A DNA stretch of 63,547 bases, counting the filler, from Octopus bimaculoides (Eukaryota), in NCBI RefSeq assembly GCF_001194135.2. It is 6 parts of 5 records of this genome, joined end to end, with 100 filler letters (N's around TTAATTAATTAA, not from the genome) between each part and the next. Parts side by side here need not be neighbours in the genome. Positions count along the whole stretch, not along the records: positions 12,390 to 39,509 come from NC_068985.1; 5 more parts are not named here. One strand, written 5' to 3'. Shown piece after piece: positions 24,550-38,044 of this stretch (within the stretch, counting starts at the first letter, position 1; each line of letters starts with the position of its first letter). The notes under the pieces are model-generated. The model saw only the letters and a list, made by a program, of their open reading frames with translations. It did not search any database and had not been told where the DNA came from. A program made the translations under genes and the position numbers.

Positions 24550-25750
24550 GAGAGCCATTGACGCACCTCTCGCATATAAGTACACACGTTTACAAAACAT
24601 ACTTTTGCAGCAGCGAAAAGATTGAAAATAATGCAGCTTTCAGAGATATCTTGCCGCAACATTAGCGCAAACAAAATAAAGTATTGACATTAACCTGGTT
24701 ACCAATCCGAAATTCGACTGATTAATTTATCTATGAAATAAAATATTTTATTGTATAATCTCCACCGTCAACAAATTCGAACAACTTCTGTTGTACGTGC
24801 AGTTTATCATGCTTCACTGGAATTTTGAGAGGCCATACCTACAAATGACCTTTCCTTAAAATTTTTGAATCGAAATTTTTATTCCTGAAAAGACTTTCAC
24901 ACATATATATTTATTTGTTTGTTTGTTTATTCGTTTACTTATTTTATATCATATCGTATTTTGTGAACAATTGCGTCATTGGTTGCAGGTTTTCAAGAGA
25001 CCAATCGCTGGTTTACTGCATTTCTGACAGCCAGTATGACAAGGGATTCTCTGTGCGACACGACAAAACGAATATAACAGATATGGGATTTTTCGTTCAA
25101 AGGCACTCGTTTTCATTTCGATATACTACGCCAAAAGATGCACTTACACACGCGCGCGCGCACGTATGCACATACACACATACATATATGTATGTATGTA
25201 TGTATGCATGTACAAACTAATATGTATATACATATATATATATATATATATATANNNNNNNNNNNNNNNNNNNNNNNNNNNNNNNNNNNNNNNNNNNNNN
25301 NNNNNNNNNNNNNNNNNNNNNNNNNNNNNNNNNNNNNNNNNNNNNNNNNNNNNNNNNNNNNNNNNNNNNNNNNNNNNNNNNNNNNNNNNNNNNNNNNNNN
25401 NNNNNNNNNNNNNNNNNNNNNNNNNNNNNNNNNNNNNNNNNNNNNNNNNNNNNNNNNNNNNNNNNNNNNNNNNNNNNNNNNNNNNNNNNNNNNNNNNNNN
25501 NNNNNNNNNNNNNNNNNNNNNNNNNNNNNNNNNNNNNNNNNNNNNNNNNNNNNNNNNNNNNNNNNNNNNNNNNNNNNNNNNNNNNNNNNNNNNNNNNNNN
25601 NNNNNNNNNNNNNNNNNNNNNNNNNNNNNNNNNNNNNNNNNNNNNNNNNNNNNNNNNNNNNNNNNNNNNNNNNNNNNNNNNNNNNNNNNNNNNNNNNNNN
25701 NNNNNNNNNNNNNNNNNNNNNNNNNNNNNNNNNNNNCATATATATACATA

Positions 25751-26982
25751 TTAGGTTGTCTCACATGAAATGTCGCATTTGAAAAAGGAAACATTAAAAT
25801 TATTTCTTAAGTTTTAGAATATTTATTTATTTAATCAAAATATGATCGTTGTTCATTTATGACCTTCATCCAACATTCCTCTAAGGCATATATTCCATCT
25901 TCAAAGAATTTGTAATCTTTTACACTGTAAACTGTTCGAATGCTTCCATTATCCCTTCTTTATTTAAGAATGTTTTATTGCGTATAGCAAGCTTGAAGTG
26001 TTTAAATATGTAATAATCAGTAGTAGAGGTATCAGGAGAATAAGGAGGATGTGTCAAAATTTCATAATTCAGGCTTTGAAACTTGTGGACCGTAGCTTGA
26101 GAAGTGTGAAGCAAAATTGGGTCATCTCTAGACACTAATCTGAGTTGCTTTTTTTTAATTCTTCGTGCATACAATCAACTTCCTGACAATAGGATGTTGT
26201 TACAGTTTTTCCTTGTTGCAAAAATGAATAATGAATAACCCCCTTTGATGACCACTATGCAGTGACCGTCAACTTTTTAGGGTGCAATGGTAGTTTTGGG
26301 TAGTGTTTTGGTGAGTCTCCTGCATCTAACCACTGTCCTGTCCTCCTTCTGTTATCAAAGAGTATCCATTTCTCATCACACGTAATGAGTCGATACAAAA
26401 ATGTTTCTCTTTTCAACCGAGAAATCAACACTATAAGGCGTCTGTTTCTTTGAATATCATTAAGTTGATGGGGACCAGACCTATCCTTCTTTTTGATTTT
26501 TTCAGTTTTCTTTAAGTGTCGAGAAGCAGTTGCGGAAGATGTCTGGAGCTCTAATCCGATTTTTCGGACCGTTGTTCTCGGATTTCGTTTAGCCAAAACA
26601 TTCAATGCATCATGCTGAATAACTGATTTTATTCTCCCTTTTGCTTCATTTTCAGGGCTTTCACTTCCTGAATAAAATCTTAGGAACCATCTCTGAACAG
26701 TTCTAAATGTCAACAGAACCGTTACCAAAAGCGCGCTTGATGTTTCGTAGAGCTTCGGTGACAGAGTGACCCAACTTGTATTCGTACAAGAAAATCTCTC
26801 GGTATTGTTCAGTTGTCAACATTGTCATAAGAGCTGTGAGTAGCAATTTTGAATAATAGTATTGTCTAGAAAGAAAAAGAGTTAAGAGTAAACACAAGCA
26901 TATACATAGAAACTCATTAAAAATCCATTTATAGATGACTCATAAGAAACCCATTTAAAATACATTTCATGAGACAACCTAA
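25751..26982 (-). mobile_element. Full-length (~1.23 kb) degenerate mariner, Hsmar1/cecropia-like
   Basis: TIRs ttaggttgtctcacatgaaatgt / acatttcatgagacaacctaa; remnants REIFLYEYKLGH, RTVQRWF, LITCDEKWILFDNRRR, HPPYSPD..TTDYYIFK. Confidence 0.92.
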
Positions 26983-27333
26983 TGTATGTATGTATGTATG
27001 TATGTATGTATGTATGTATGTATGTATGTACATACGTATATGTATACATATATATGTATTTATATATTTTTATATATACTCTACGGATATTCATGGATGG
27101 CTGAATGTATCTTCAATAATACGACTGTTTTCGTTATCAAACAGCATATAGTAACCGATACCCGTAGACGAGCTTTGTAAACAAGCTACAAGGTTCATAC
27201 CTAAATTGAACTGATGTATATACACACACATACATACATACATACAGATGTGTGTGTGTACATATGTACAGATACATTCATTCAGACATACACACTTGCA
27301 TATATACATGCATACATGCATACACACACAGAC

Positions 27334-27417
<84 letters not shown>

Positions 27418-28049
27418 NNNNNNNNNNNNNNNNNNNNNNNNNNNNNNNNNNNNNNNNNNNNNNNNNNNNNNNNNNNNNNNNNNNNNNNNNNNNNNNNNNN
27501 NNNNNNNNNNNNNNNNNNNNNNNNNNNNNNNNNNNNNNNNNNNNNNNNNNNNNNNNNNNNNNNNNNNNNNNNNNNNNNNNNNNNNNNNNNNATATATATA
27601 TACGTATACACATATATACATATGCACACAAAGCTTCTGCACAATTTTCAACCAAATTCTCTTACAGACCATTCGCAAACTTGAAGCCTTAGGAAAAAGT
27701 CACTTGCCGAAGTTGCTACACGCGAGGATTAAATCTAGAATCACGTGGTTATGGGACTAACTTTTTAGCAACAGAGCTATCCTATACCAAAATTTTCATG
27801 TTTCCTTTTTATATATTTTTTTCTTTGTAAATCATGGTGGCGTAAAGTCGTGGAGTGACATGACGATTGGAACTTCTCAAATGCATTTTTGAGGGAGGCA
27901 AAAACCCTACAGAAACACATTACATCGGATTCACAGAGAGCATATTTAACGGTTGATGCTACTGTTCTTGTTATTGTTGTTGATGGTATTGGTGATGATA
28001 GTGTTGATAGTAATGGTGGCGATAATTTAGCAATATATTATTGCATAGA

Positions 28050-28565
28050 TTCATATCAACCCTGATTGAGTAGACCACTTATCAAAGGTGTTTCCGCCAT
28101 GATCATACCGTTGTGTAATGAGTATTTAGGACTACATTATCTAATATACCCTCCCGTTTTAAAAGATGGTAAGGGTTTGTTTTAAGTTTGATCTGGCTGC
28201 TATTTCTATCAGATCTAGCAACTGCATAGATAGTCCATTAAATACATAGAGAATCTCTACTTCTACCGAAATATATACAAAAGAAATGTTGCATCACTAT
28301 CCCAATAGTACTGGATAGTAAAGTACAGTATTGATAATTTATCAGTAAGATATTCTGCCTGCGAGTAAGTGAGCCTCTATATGGTCATTCGACTTGTTAG
28401 AAAGTGCAGGCAAATCTCCATAAAATTACACTCTGCCATCTTAAATAAGGAATAGTTACACTGGATAACATAATCCAAGATTGCCCCGAAAAGTCGAGAT
28501 GACCAAAGCTGGAATGCTTTGGATTAAGTATACTTGATCAGTACTGACCTAAGATTAAGCAACAA
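28050..28565. repeat. Two oppositely oriented copies of an unclassified interspersed repeat (family E)
   Basis: ~28050-28240 (tggctgctatttct...) and ~28365-28565 (gagcctctatatggtcattcgacttgttagaaag...) are diverged reverse complements; further copies at ~15990-16110, ~32890-33995 and ~44195-44760. Confidence 0.55.
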
Positions 28566-29530
28566 CACAACCACCACCTCCACCACCACCACCACGAGCA
28601 ACAACAACTACAACATCCATATAATTGGATCAAAATAAAAAAAAGATTCTTACTTTGACAAAGAATGACAATACATTAAATAATCATCTTAAAAAGCATG
28701 TGATATTATCGAAGTTAAGATATAAGGATAAACATCACACAAAGAACCTATTCTAGCTACAGTCGGTAATCCCTGTTCCGGCAAGTAATATGGTATTAGC
28801 AGTGGCCACAAATATTTCAGGCTCTACGTAACTATATCTGATCAGTGATTGAGTAGTAGCATCACGATTAGAATCAATGGTATTTATGTGAAACAGTAGG
28901 ACGAGACCAAAGTAGTGATGGTCTGTGCCAGTTAATAGGGAGTACAAAAAGTTCGCTAAGTGAAACGAATTATTTTGTTGTGAAGAAGAAAAGAAGTCCA
29001 ATGTTTTTGGCGGAATCTTTCGTCAGAGAAAGATTAAATGATTAAGAAGGTGAAGGAGGAGAAGGAAGAAGAAGAGAAGGAGGAACAGACAGGTAAGCAT
29101 GTCAGTATGAAGAAAGTAGGCAAAATAAAGAGATAATGAATATTGAACCCTTACAAAATATGAAAAAGGGGAGTAAATGGGAGACAAACATTCATGTATT
29201 CGACCAAAAACTAGTATTATAGCACGGTTTAAATTAATATTTCTATTTTACTTTCGGTTAAATTATGTTAGTTACTTTGCCAACGTTTTAGACTTGATCA
29301 AAACTATGAAGAAGAAAGAATTAAATGGACACAAGATTTATTTTGTATTCTCATAATTAAGAGGACGGGACGACAAAAGTTCACTAATATTGGGGAAGAT
29401 GGTGTTTGTCAGTTGAGTACATACATACATACATACATACATACATACATGCATGCATGCATGCATACATACATACATACATACATACATGCATGCATGC
29501 ATGCATGCATGCCTGTATACATATACATAA

Positions 29531-29582
<52 letters not shown>

Positions 29583-29592
29583 NNNNNNNNNN

Positions 29593-29639
<47 letters not shown>

Positions 29640-29689
29640 AGGGGCAGTGAGTACAGTGTCTTTAAGCGCAGGTGCAAATTCTAAGCTCC

Positions 29690-32030
29690 CATCTTTAAAG
29701 CTTCTATCTTTAAACAGCAAATGCATTGTGGGATATTGTTTTGTTGTAAGAGGAGAGTTCCGACTGCAATATTTTCCTAAGTCTGATGTAATATTCTTGG
29801 GTCACTCTACCTTTATTCACAGTGCTTTCATATGATCCATTTTCGTCCATGCCTAGCTACTTGTAACATTCTTTGTGTGGAATGGGGGAGATAGAGAGAC
29901 CGTTGATGCACAGGTTTTGAGTTTTGGGAATTAACTCTCCTCGTTCTTTAACCAAATATAAACATTGCTTTTGGCCAAATTCCATGCTTATATCAGCTGA
30001 AAATGTTGTTATTAATTTCAGTTGTTGTTTTTTTTTTTTGGCATTATTAACACTTTTAGCATAAATCTTCAGGTCGTCTACAAAGAAATTATGAGTGACA
30101 TTGATACTTCTAGCAGTTTAATATCCTCGCATGTAACCATTTATCTTCTGCAGTAGGAACGATAATGGATTCAGTTCCAAAATTAAAAGAAGTACAAAAA
30201 GACTATCTCTCTGGAATATTCCCTTTGTAATGCCTATACTATCAGAAACGATTATTCTGTTCTCAGTTGTAAGGGTAAGAACTGTTGTCCATGTCTTTGT
30301 GAGTCCCTCTATGGCAGCAATTAAGGTAGCAGGTACGTTTGCCAGATGTAGGCACTTCAACAGCCATAAATGAGGGATAGAGTCGAATGCCTTGTTATAG
30401 GCAAGCCATACTGTCACAAGGTTTCTGCGTTGTTTTCTTTTTTCAGACAGTCCAGCTTTGTTTATTAAAAGTTGTTCGGCATATCCCCACACTCCCTTCT
30501 TTCCACCAGCCTGTTCATCAGTCGCAATGTTGTTCGACTCACAATGGTCCTGGAGGATTTGCTTGAGGCAACTTGTGTACAGTTTCTACATAATGTTTAG
30601 GCAAGCAATGGACTTGTAGTTTCCTGCCATCCCGGTGGTTTCATTTTTGGCAACAAGATTGGTCCTTGCTGTAGCAAACCAATTTGGTATACCAGTTCTG
30701 ACCTTTTACAGTTCTTTTGAACATAAATATCAATTGGTTTCTATAAAATGTCAGCTTCTTGTACCAATATCCAACTATTAGGTCCCTTACAGGTGCCTTC
30801 CTATTCTGCAGTTTGCCTGCTGATATAGCGAAGGTTTCTGCATCAATTTTGTATGTTTTACTGTTAGTGTTTGGTACAGTATTCTTTCTCAATTGTATTT
30901 AATTATGATGTATTCAGGTTAAAACCACTCTTTTCGTTCCAAATTTATGACCAGAATGATTGTAGATCTTGGGAGGGAGCTTTCTTAATGGTAATATTTT
31001 CCTTCCTGATCTCTCTGTATAATGCTTGTGGATTGGAAACAAACTTGCGATTGATACTGGTTCGCTCAAAAATTCGCATGCGATAGCAGAGTTTCTCGCT
31101 CATCGTCCTGAGTTCATGTTTTAAAGTGATTAGCTTTCCCTCAAGAGCTCAGTGTGAAGAATTGCCATAAAGTTTCATTCGTTTTTGTCTAAGGTAGAGT
31201 TGGTGAAGTGTAAACTTATTTTTCTCCTTACATTTTATTGTTGTAGTTAATCATTCAATATGGCGGCGCACGTTGTTGACATTTTCTTCTGGCTTTGTTT
31301 TCCATCTCGGTGTTTCCGTTTAGTAATTTCGTTACTTTGTTCACTGTAGACTTCTCTTATATGTACTTTAAGAGTAATAACGGCAGTGTATATAAGAGTA
31401 TTAATTTTCCAGTAATTAACATCACATGATCCCATGTGCTCTTCAGCAACATCGTTGATAGCCTTAAACATTAGATCGGTCGGATTTTTTCTCACTCGTG
31501 TTGGGAATAGTCTTTTGCTCAACGAATGCTTCGAGAAAGTAGCAAAATTTTTTGCGAATTGTAATTTCAAAATGTTTTTGAGTTGGATATATTCCGCAGT
31601 CTTCGCTACTGTGGAAGCTAAATTTGGAGACACTCGAATTTAGCGATGGCCGAGCGGTGGTTTGTTTGCATTATTTTTTACTCCACTTTTGACAGATTTT
31701 GACCCATTTTCAGTGTTTTGGGAGGATCGAGGGCCAGTTGAATTTTTTTGTTTTTTTCTAAAGATGCTTGTTGTCGGAGCTGTTTCACTGTGAAGGTATT
31801 TAAGTTGGGATGAGCTTCGTCCCAGTATTGCTTTAACTGCTTCATGTATCCGATTGAAGGGTCATCTCGGGCTTTTTCATAGCACCGAAGTAAATCTTGG
31901 GTTAGTTGTTGAATCCAAGTAAAATGAGAAGACTACTTACGTCGTTTTGAATAACTTACTGGTTAAGTGTTCATCGGTGGTGACGTTGTTACTTTCATCT
32001 GTGGTGGTGTTAGTTTCAGTCATAATCGTA
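29690..32030 (-). mobile_element. R4/Dong-clade non-LTR retrotransposon pseudogene (N-terminus to RT thumb, 3'-truncated)
   Basis: QDLLRCYEKAR...GYMKQLKQYWDEAHP; NYKSIACLN; EQAGGKKGVWGYAEQLLINK; WLAYNKAFDSIPH; KGIFQRDSL; HNFFVDDLKIYAK; EYYIRLRKILQSEL. Multiple stops and frameshifts. Confidence 0.85.
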
Positions 32031-32071
32031 TTAGCGATACATATGATGCATGTATGTATGTACAAACGTTT

Positions 32072-32461
32072 GTGGAGACGCAATGGCCCAGTGGTTAGGG
32101 CAGCAGACTCGCGGTCATAGGATCGCGGTTTCGATTCCCAGACCGGGCGTTGCGCGTGTTTATTGAGCGAAAACACCTAAAGCTCCACGAGGCTCCGGCA
32201 GGGGATGGTGGCGAACCCTGCTGTACTCTTTCACCACAACTTTCTCTCACTCTTACTTCCTGTTTCTGTTGTGCCTGTAATTCAAAGGGTCAGCCTTGTC
32301 ACACTGTGTCACGCTGAATATCCCCGAGAACTGCGTTAAGGGTGCACGTGTCTGTGGAGTGCTCAGCCACTTGCACGTTAATTTCACGAGCAGGCTGTTC
32401 CGTTGATCGGATCAACTGGAACCCTTGGTGTCGTAAGCGACGGAGTGCCAACAACAACAAC
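32072..32461 (+). mobile_element. Full-length family A SINE with 13-bp TSD
   Basis: A box (tggcccagtgg), B-box-like tttcgattc, CORE-like segment, (AAC)n tail; flanks atgtacaaacgtt (32058-32070) / atgtacgaacgtt (32462-32474). Confidence 0.95.
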
Positions 32462-32579
32462 ATGTACGAACGTTGTTTCCATGCAACAAAATGGGTTTTT
32501 CGACATATTGATTCGGATTTCAAATTTTTAGATTTCACAGTATTGTAATTTAATGGCAGCTGCAGTTTAACAAACCAGT

Positions 32580-32890
32580 TATTGCTTTTGTTGTTTAGTC
32601 CCAGGTCAGTCAGTTGACATCCAGTAAACCAGTTGTTATTTAGCTCCCAAGTCAATCAGATATCCAGCAGAACAGTTGCTACTGACCAGCCCTAGGCTTG
32701 TGGCCAGTCCTTATCCAGCGAATTAGCTGTTTAGCCTTTGGTCAGTCCTTGTCCAGCATCCCACTTGTTATTTTTTAGCTCCAGGTCAGTCTGTGTCCAA
32801 GTATAGTTTTTTTTTGTTTTTTTTTTTAGTTGAAGGCTCAGTTCTTAACCAGCAGAAAAGTTGTCGTTGTCGTTTAACCCCAGGTAATTT
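32580..32890. repeat. Degenerate tandem array of a ~45-bp module
   Basis: About 6-7 recurrences of gttgtt(at)ttag.cccaggtcagtc...tccagca. Confidence 0.6.
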
Positions 32891-33105
32891 CTAACCTAAT
32901 AAACTTGTAACACAGCACCAATTCAGCATTTAACCAGTTACTTTATGATCAAAGGCTTTTCAGTTGTAACCATCCTGGCTTCTATTAAGTCATAGTGTAA
33001 CTACGACTACTTTAAATAAAGTGGTATTCCCTTTCTTTTAAGAGCGTGATATTTTTTTTAAAGGGCTTTCTCGGATGTGAGTTGAGAAAGGTTTGGTAAT
33101 TATTA

Positions 33106-33963
33106 TTGGGTCATCCCATAAATAATGTGGATTTTTATACTTTTTTTCCAAAATTAAGATAAACAAAGTTCTTTTTTTTTATCTAAAATATACTCTCCTT
33201 CATATTCTACACTGCTCTTCCATCTATTTAGTAGACTTGCAACTTCCAAAATTCACTTATCCGTGACGAAAAATATTCCCCCACTACTGTTCTAACCTCG
33301 TCTACAAAATTCATGTATTTTCCAAATTATTTTGAAGACTGCGGAATAAATGATAATCAGATGGGGCAATGTCCGGCGAATATGGACGGTGGTGCATCGT
33401 TTCCCATTTAAACTGCTCCAGCGTTTGGAATGTCATCCTCGCTGTATGTAGCCGAGCATTATTCTGATGGAAGAACACCTTTCGTTTTGAAACCAAAGAT
33501 GGTCATTTTTTCTTTTAGCACTGACTTGAATGGCTAATTGAATGTCCAAATCCAAGTTTTTCGGTTAGTTCCTCAACAGGTACGATGGGATTTTGTTCCA
33601 CCAGGGTTTGCAGGACGACCTCGTCGGGCTCTACAGATCTTCCAGGACGTGGCTCTTCTTCTGGTTTACGATTATTGTCTAATTCCCATATATTGCATTA
33701 ATATTCCTCTCACTTTCCGTTGCGTTGTTGCCTTTATTGAACTCATAAATCAAAATATTCCGAATATGCTCCTTTGTCACTCCCATTATAGCTTTGAAAA
33801 AATAACTGTTAAAATCGAACTGAACTCTTCCAAACTAAGAATAAGGAGAGGATAAAATTACCACCTGCTTTTATAGCAAGTTGATGCAGGTAGTCTATCC
33901 CGCCCACCTTCGACTTTTAGTTCATGCAATTGAAAAAACCGCATTATTAATGGGATGACCCAG
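33106..33963 (-). mobile_element. 858-bp internally deleted mariner with TIRs and TA TSD
   Basis: TIRs ttgggtcatcccataaataatgtgg / ccgcattattaatgggatgacccag; remnants MGVTKEHIRNILIYEFNKG, FFHQNNARLH, HRPYSPDIAPSDYHLFRSLQN. Confidence 0.92.
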
Positions 33964-34077
33964 TATTTTTAGCGAGTCAATCGAGCCCTTACCTTAGTAG
34001 CTTCTTGTTCAAGACACAGTGGCAGCTGTCGACAGATGGTAGTGACCGAGATGCAAATTTCTTTAATAAAGAATAAA

Positions 34078-34130
34078 AGGTGTCAGGGAACAGCGAGGTG
34101 TCAGGGAACAGCGAGGTGTCAGGGAACAGC
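34078..34130. repeat. 18-bp unit x3 (aggtgtcagggaacagcg)
   Basis: Direct reading. Confidence 0.95.
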
Positions 34131-36070
34131 ATTGTTGGCAGATAATTGCAACGTTTCTCATTTTTAATGACTCATCGAAATGCCGATCAAACAAACCAAT
34201 AATTAAAGACACTCCAGCCATGACGATCTTCTCTCATACAATAGATTATTTTATCATCCATCCAGTATTTTACATTTTTTTTTACTCTTAAATATGCCAA
34301 ATCTTTCTTACATTCTAAGGTTGACGACACACTTTTGATTCACTAAAACAAAAAAAAGGAATGCTACACTACATACATACATACATACATACATACGTTA
34401 CATTACATATATGTATGTGTGTGCGTGTGCGTGCTGTTTAATTTTCAAAACTGAAACATCACAACTCCGTTAAATCGAATGTGTTCCAAGAGATGTGTGG
34501 GAGAGTAAATATCTCTGCTTACAATATGTAATTAATGTTTGGTGTTAATCCGAAAATGGTGGGAAGATCGAAGATAAATTACCTTGAATTCGATAATTTA
34601 ACTACTCGCTCTAAAGTATTGTCACACACAAGGAAACCTTTCATTCAGTTGAGGATGAATGTGGGTGCTACATTTAGCTGTTCGTTGGACACGCAGCGTT
34701 GATTCGTTCAGCTTTCTCTAACGATGTTAGCGACATAGAGTTGCCTAATTGATTTTATATTCTCTTTGACATTAACATGTTATAGCTAGACAGTGTGTTT
34801 ATTATTTAGATTTTTCAACGTGAAATTTAAAAAAAATACTTTCATTAAATTAATTTTCGCATTTCTTCATTTCGGTATCCATAAAATAAAGTATTTGTCA
34901 AATGCCAGAGTCGATGTAATCGACTGACACATTCTCTCTAAAATTACTCGCCTCGTGTCTCTATAGAAACTAATAAATTAATTTTGGGAAGTCGCTTAAA
35001 CAATAAGGGAGGTAATTATTTCAAGGGCCACAACTCTGGATGCTTATATGGTTTCAAAATCATGGTGAATTCATTACTAAAAAAACCTAGTCTATGTATA
35101 TGTATATTATGCATATATATACATATATATTATGCATATATATATATATATACCTGTATATATGTATATATACATTTTCACATGTATATATATATATAGG
35201 TATATATATATAAATGTGTATGTATAGATGTATATGTATACATGCATATATATAGATGTATATGTATTTATGTATATCTATATATACAGGTATATATATA
35301 TATATAGATTTATATGCATATACATGTATATACGTATATATATATANNNNNNNNNNNNNNNNNNNNNNNNNNNNNNNNNNNNNNNNNNNNNNNNNNNNNN
35401 NNNNNNNNNNNNNNNNNNNNNNNNNNNNNNNNNNNNNNNNNNNNNNNNNNNNNNNNNNNNNNNNNNNNNNNNNNNNNNNNNNNNNNNNNNNNNNNNNNNN
35501 NNNNNNNNNNNNNNNNNNNNNNNNNNNNNNNNNNNNNNNNNNNNNNNNNNNNNNNNNNNNNNNNNNNNNNNNNNNNNNNNNNNNNNNNNNNNNNNNNNNN
35601 NNNNNNNNNNNNNNNNNNNNNNNNNNNNNNNNNNNNNNNNNNNNNNNNNNNNNNNNNNNNNNNNNNNNNNNNNNNNNNNNNNNNNNNNNNNNNNNNNNNN
35701 NNNNNNNNNNNNNNNNNNNNNNNNNNNNNNNNNNNNNNNNNNNNNNNNNNNNNNNNNNNNNNNNNNNNNNNNNNNNNNNNNNNNNNNNNNNNNNNNNNNN
35801 NNNNNNNNNNNNNNNNNNNNNNNNNNNNNNNNNNNNNNNNNNNNNNNNNNNNNNNNNNNNNNNNNNNNNNNNNNNNNNNNNNNNNNNNNNNNNNNNNNNN
35901 NNNNNNNNNNNNNNNNNNNNNNNNNNNNNNNNNNNNNNNNNNNNNNNNNNNNNNNNNNNNNNNNNNNNNNNNNNNNNNNNNNNNNNNNNNNNNNNNNNNN
36001 NNNNNNGTTAGAACAATTCCACCAAAAATGATTTCATCGCATTTTAAAAATTAAATGGAGTTCTTTTACT

Positions 36071-36560
36071 CCAAACACAGATGTCCTTGCATCTGCAGGC
36101 ATCACCTCAATTAAAGCTATGATTCTGAGGAACTAAATGAGATGGTGTGGCCATATTGTTCGAATAGCAGATGAACGCATGCCGAAAAATTTGTTTTATG
36201 GTGAGCTTACAGAGGGGAAACGCTATCGGCGTAAACCTTAAAAAAAGGTTTAAGGACAGCATAAAGACTACTATGAAGTCACTTGGAATGGATCCAGAAG
36301 ACATAGAAACCCTTGCTTCGGATCGGGTTGGATGGCGAACAAAAGTGTAGAGTGGAGTGAAAGCATTTGAAGAGGCCAAGATAACGCATGTAAGACTCAA
36401 AAGAGATCTAAGGAAGAATGTAACAATCGAAAAGGTGAATGACAATGAACTTTTTGTGTGCATACTCTGTGACAGACCATGCCTGCCTTATGCTGGGATT
36501 CAAATCTCATCTGCAAACCCATGGAAAACAAATCTCTACCAACTATTCTGCCTATATGAA
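36071..36560 (+). mobile_element. RTE-clade LINE 3' fragment
   Basis: PNTDVL ... RWCGHIVRIADERMPKNLFYGEL ... KRFKD ... LASDRVGWR ... FVCILCDRPC...KSHLQTH (terminal C2H2-like motif), with stops and frameshifts. Confidence 0.88.
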
Positions 36561-36903
36561 TGTGAATGTGTGAGATTACAGGGATGTGAGTGTGTGTGTG
36601 ATTACAGGGATGTGAGTGTGTGTGATTACATATTTTCGCATATATTCTTATGCATATGAGTATTCATTTATATATATATATGCCTTCATCTATGTCTGGT
36701 TCGACGTCTACTCAGTCTTACATATGTCTAAACTGATGCAAATGTGTGTTTGCTTGCGTTTGGGCAAACATGGAAATTTTGTGTATGCGTGAGTGCTTGT
36801 ATGAACGTATTTTCATATTTTAGGTTAAGGTTGTAAGTTCATGTATATGTATTCATGTTATTTTATGTGTGTGCTTAGGTATTAAGGCATGTACATACGT
36901 ATG

Positions 36904-36934
<31 letters not shown>

Positions 36935-37397
36935 NNNNNNNNNNNNNNNNNNNNNNNNNNNNNNNNNNNNNNNNNNNNNNNNNNNNNNNNNNNNNNNNNN
37001 NNNNNNNNNNNNNNNNNNNNNNNNNNNNNNNNNNNNNNNNNNNNNNNNNNNNNNNNNNNNNNNNNNNNNNNNNNNNNNNNNNNNNNNNNNNNNNNNNNNN
37101 NNNNNNNNNNNNNNNNNNNNNNNNNNNNNNNNNNNNNNNNNNNNNNNNNNNNNNNNNNNNNNNNNNNNNNNNNNNNNNNNNNNNNNNNNNNNNNNNNNNN
37201 NNNNNNNNNNNNNNNNNNNNNNNNNNNNNNNNNNNNNNNNNNNNNNNNNNNNNNNNNNNNNNNNNNNNNNNNNNNNNNNNNNNNNNNNNNNNNNNNNNNN
37301 NNNNNNNNNNNNNNNNNNNNNNNNNNNNNNNNNNNNNNNNNNNNNNNNNNNNNNNNNNNNNNNNNNNNNNNNNNNNNNNNNNNNNNNNNNNNNNNNN

Positions 37398-37467
<70 letters not shown>

Positions 37468-38044
37468 TGAGGGAGGGAGGGAGTCTCATTGAAAGAGATA
37501 TATAAAGATGACAAGTTGAGAAGAATCGCTATTGCAATAATGATGAAAGGCTGAGAGAAGGCTAACATTTATGGGTAAAGTCCATCTGTCAATTTGTGCA
37601 TGAAGTGTGCACTACTTTATTTTGGATTCGGTCTGTAAATGAATGGAATTGACAGTTGATTCCCTGGCGTGTTAGCAATAATCAACCACGAGGCATATAT
37701 CTGTCTTCTGGAACGTCTACGGATGTTCATAGTTCAATGTTTTTCATGGAAGACCGAAAGAGGAAACGTTATCTTTCGAATACAGATTCGTCTGCATTGA
37801 GCAAGTGATATTCATGACATCGTCAGAAATATTTCAAGCAAGACTACTTAGAGATGGAGAGGATTTGAGTTATATATTGTTATATATTGTTGATGAGGAG
37901 AGCAGTAGTTGACGGAATTTCGTTCCTTTGACTTGTGTGTTATCTGATTAATAACACTGGTGCTGAATCAAATGGAGTTGTTGCAGTCGTTTGTGAAATG
38001 CTTTTAAAGGTCTTCATTAGAAGCTGGGCAGGTGGAGTTCATTA

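Noticed and set aside
28990-29035. Hammerhead-like ctgacga...aaaac on the minus strand
   Set aside because: GAAA is mutated, and stems I and II cannot be formed convincingly.
29040-29098. Strong donor CAG|GTAAGC after MIKKVKEEKEEEEKEEQT
   Set aside because: Low-complexity purine tract with no credible acceptor or promoter evidence.
34984-35040. GGNYFKGH resembling a mariner C-terminus
   Set aside because: Too short; no TIR or other motifs nearby.
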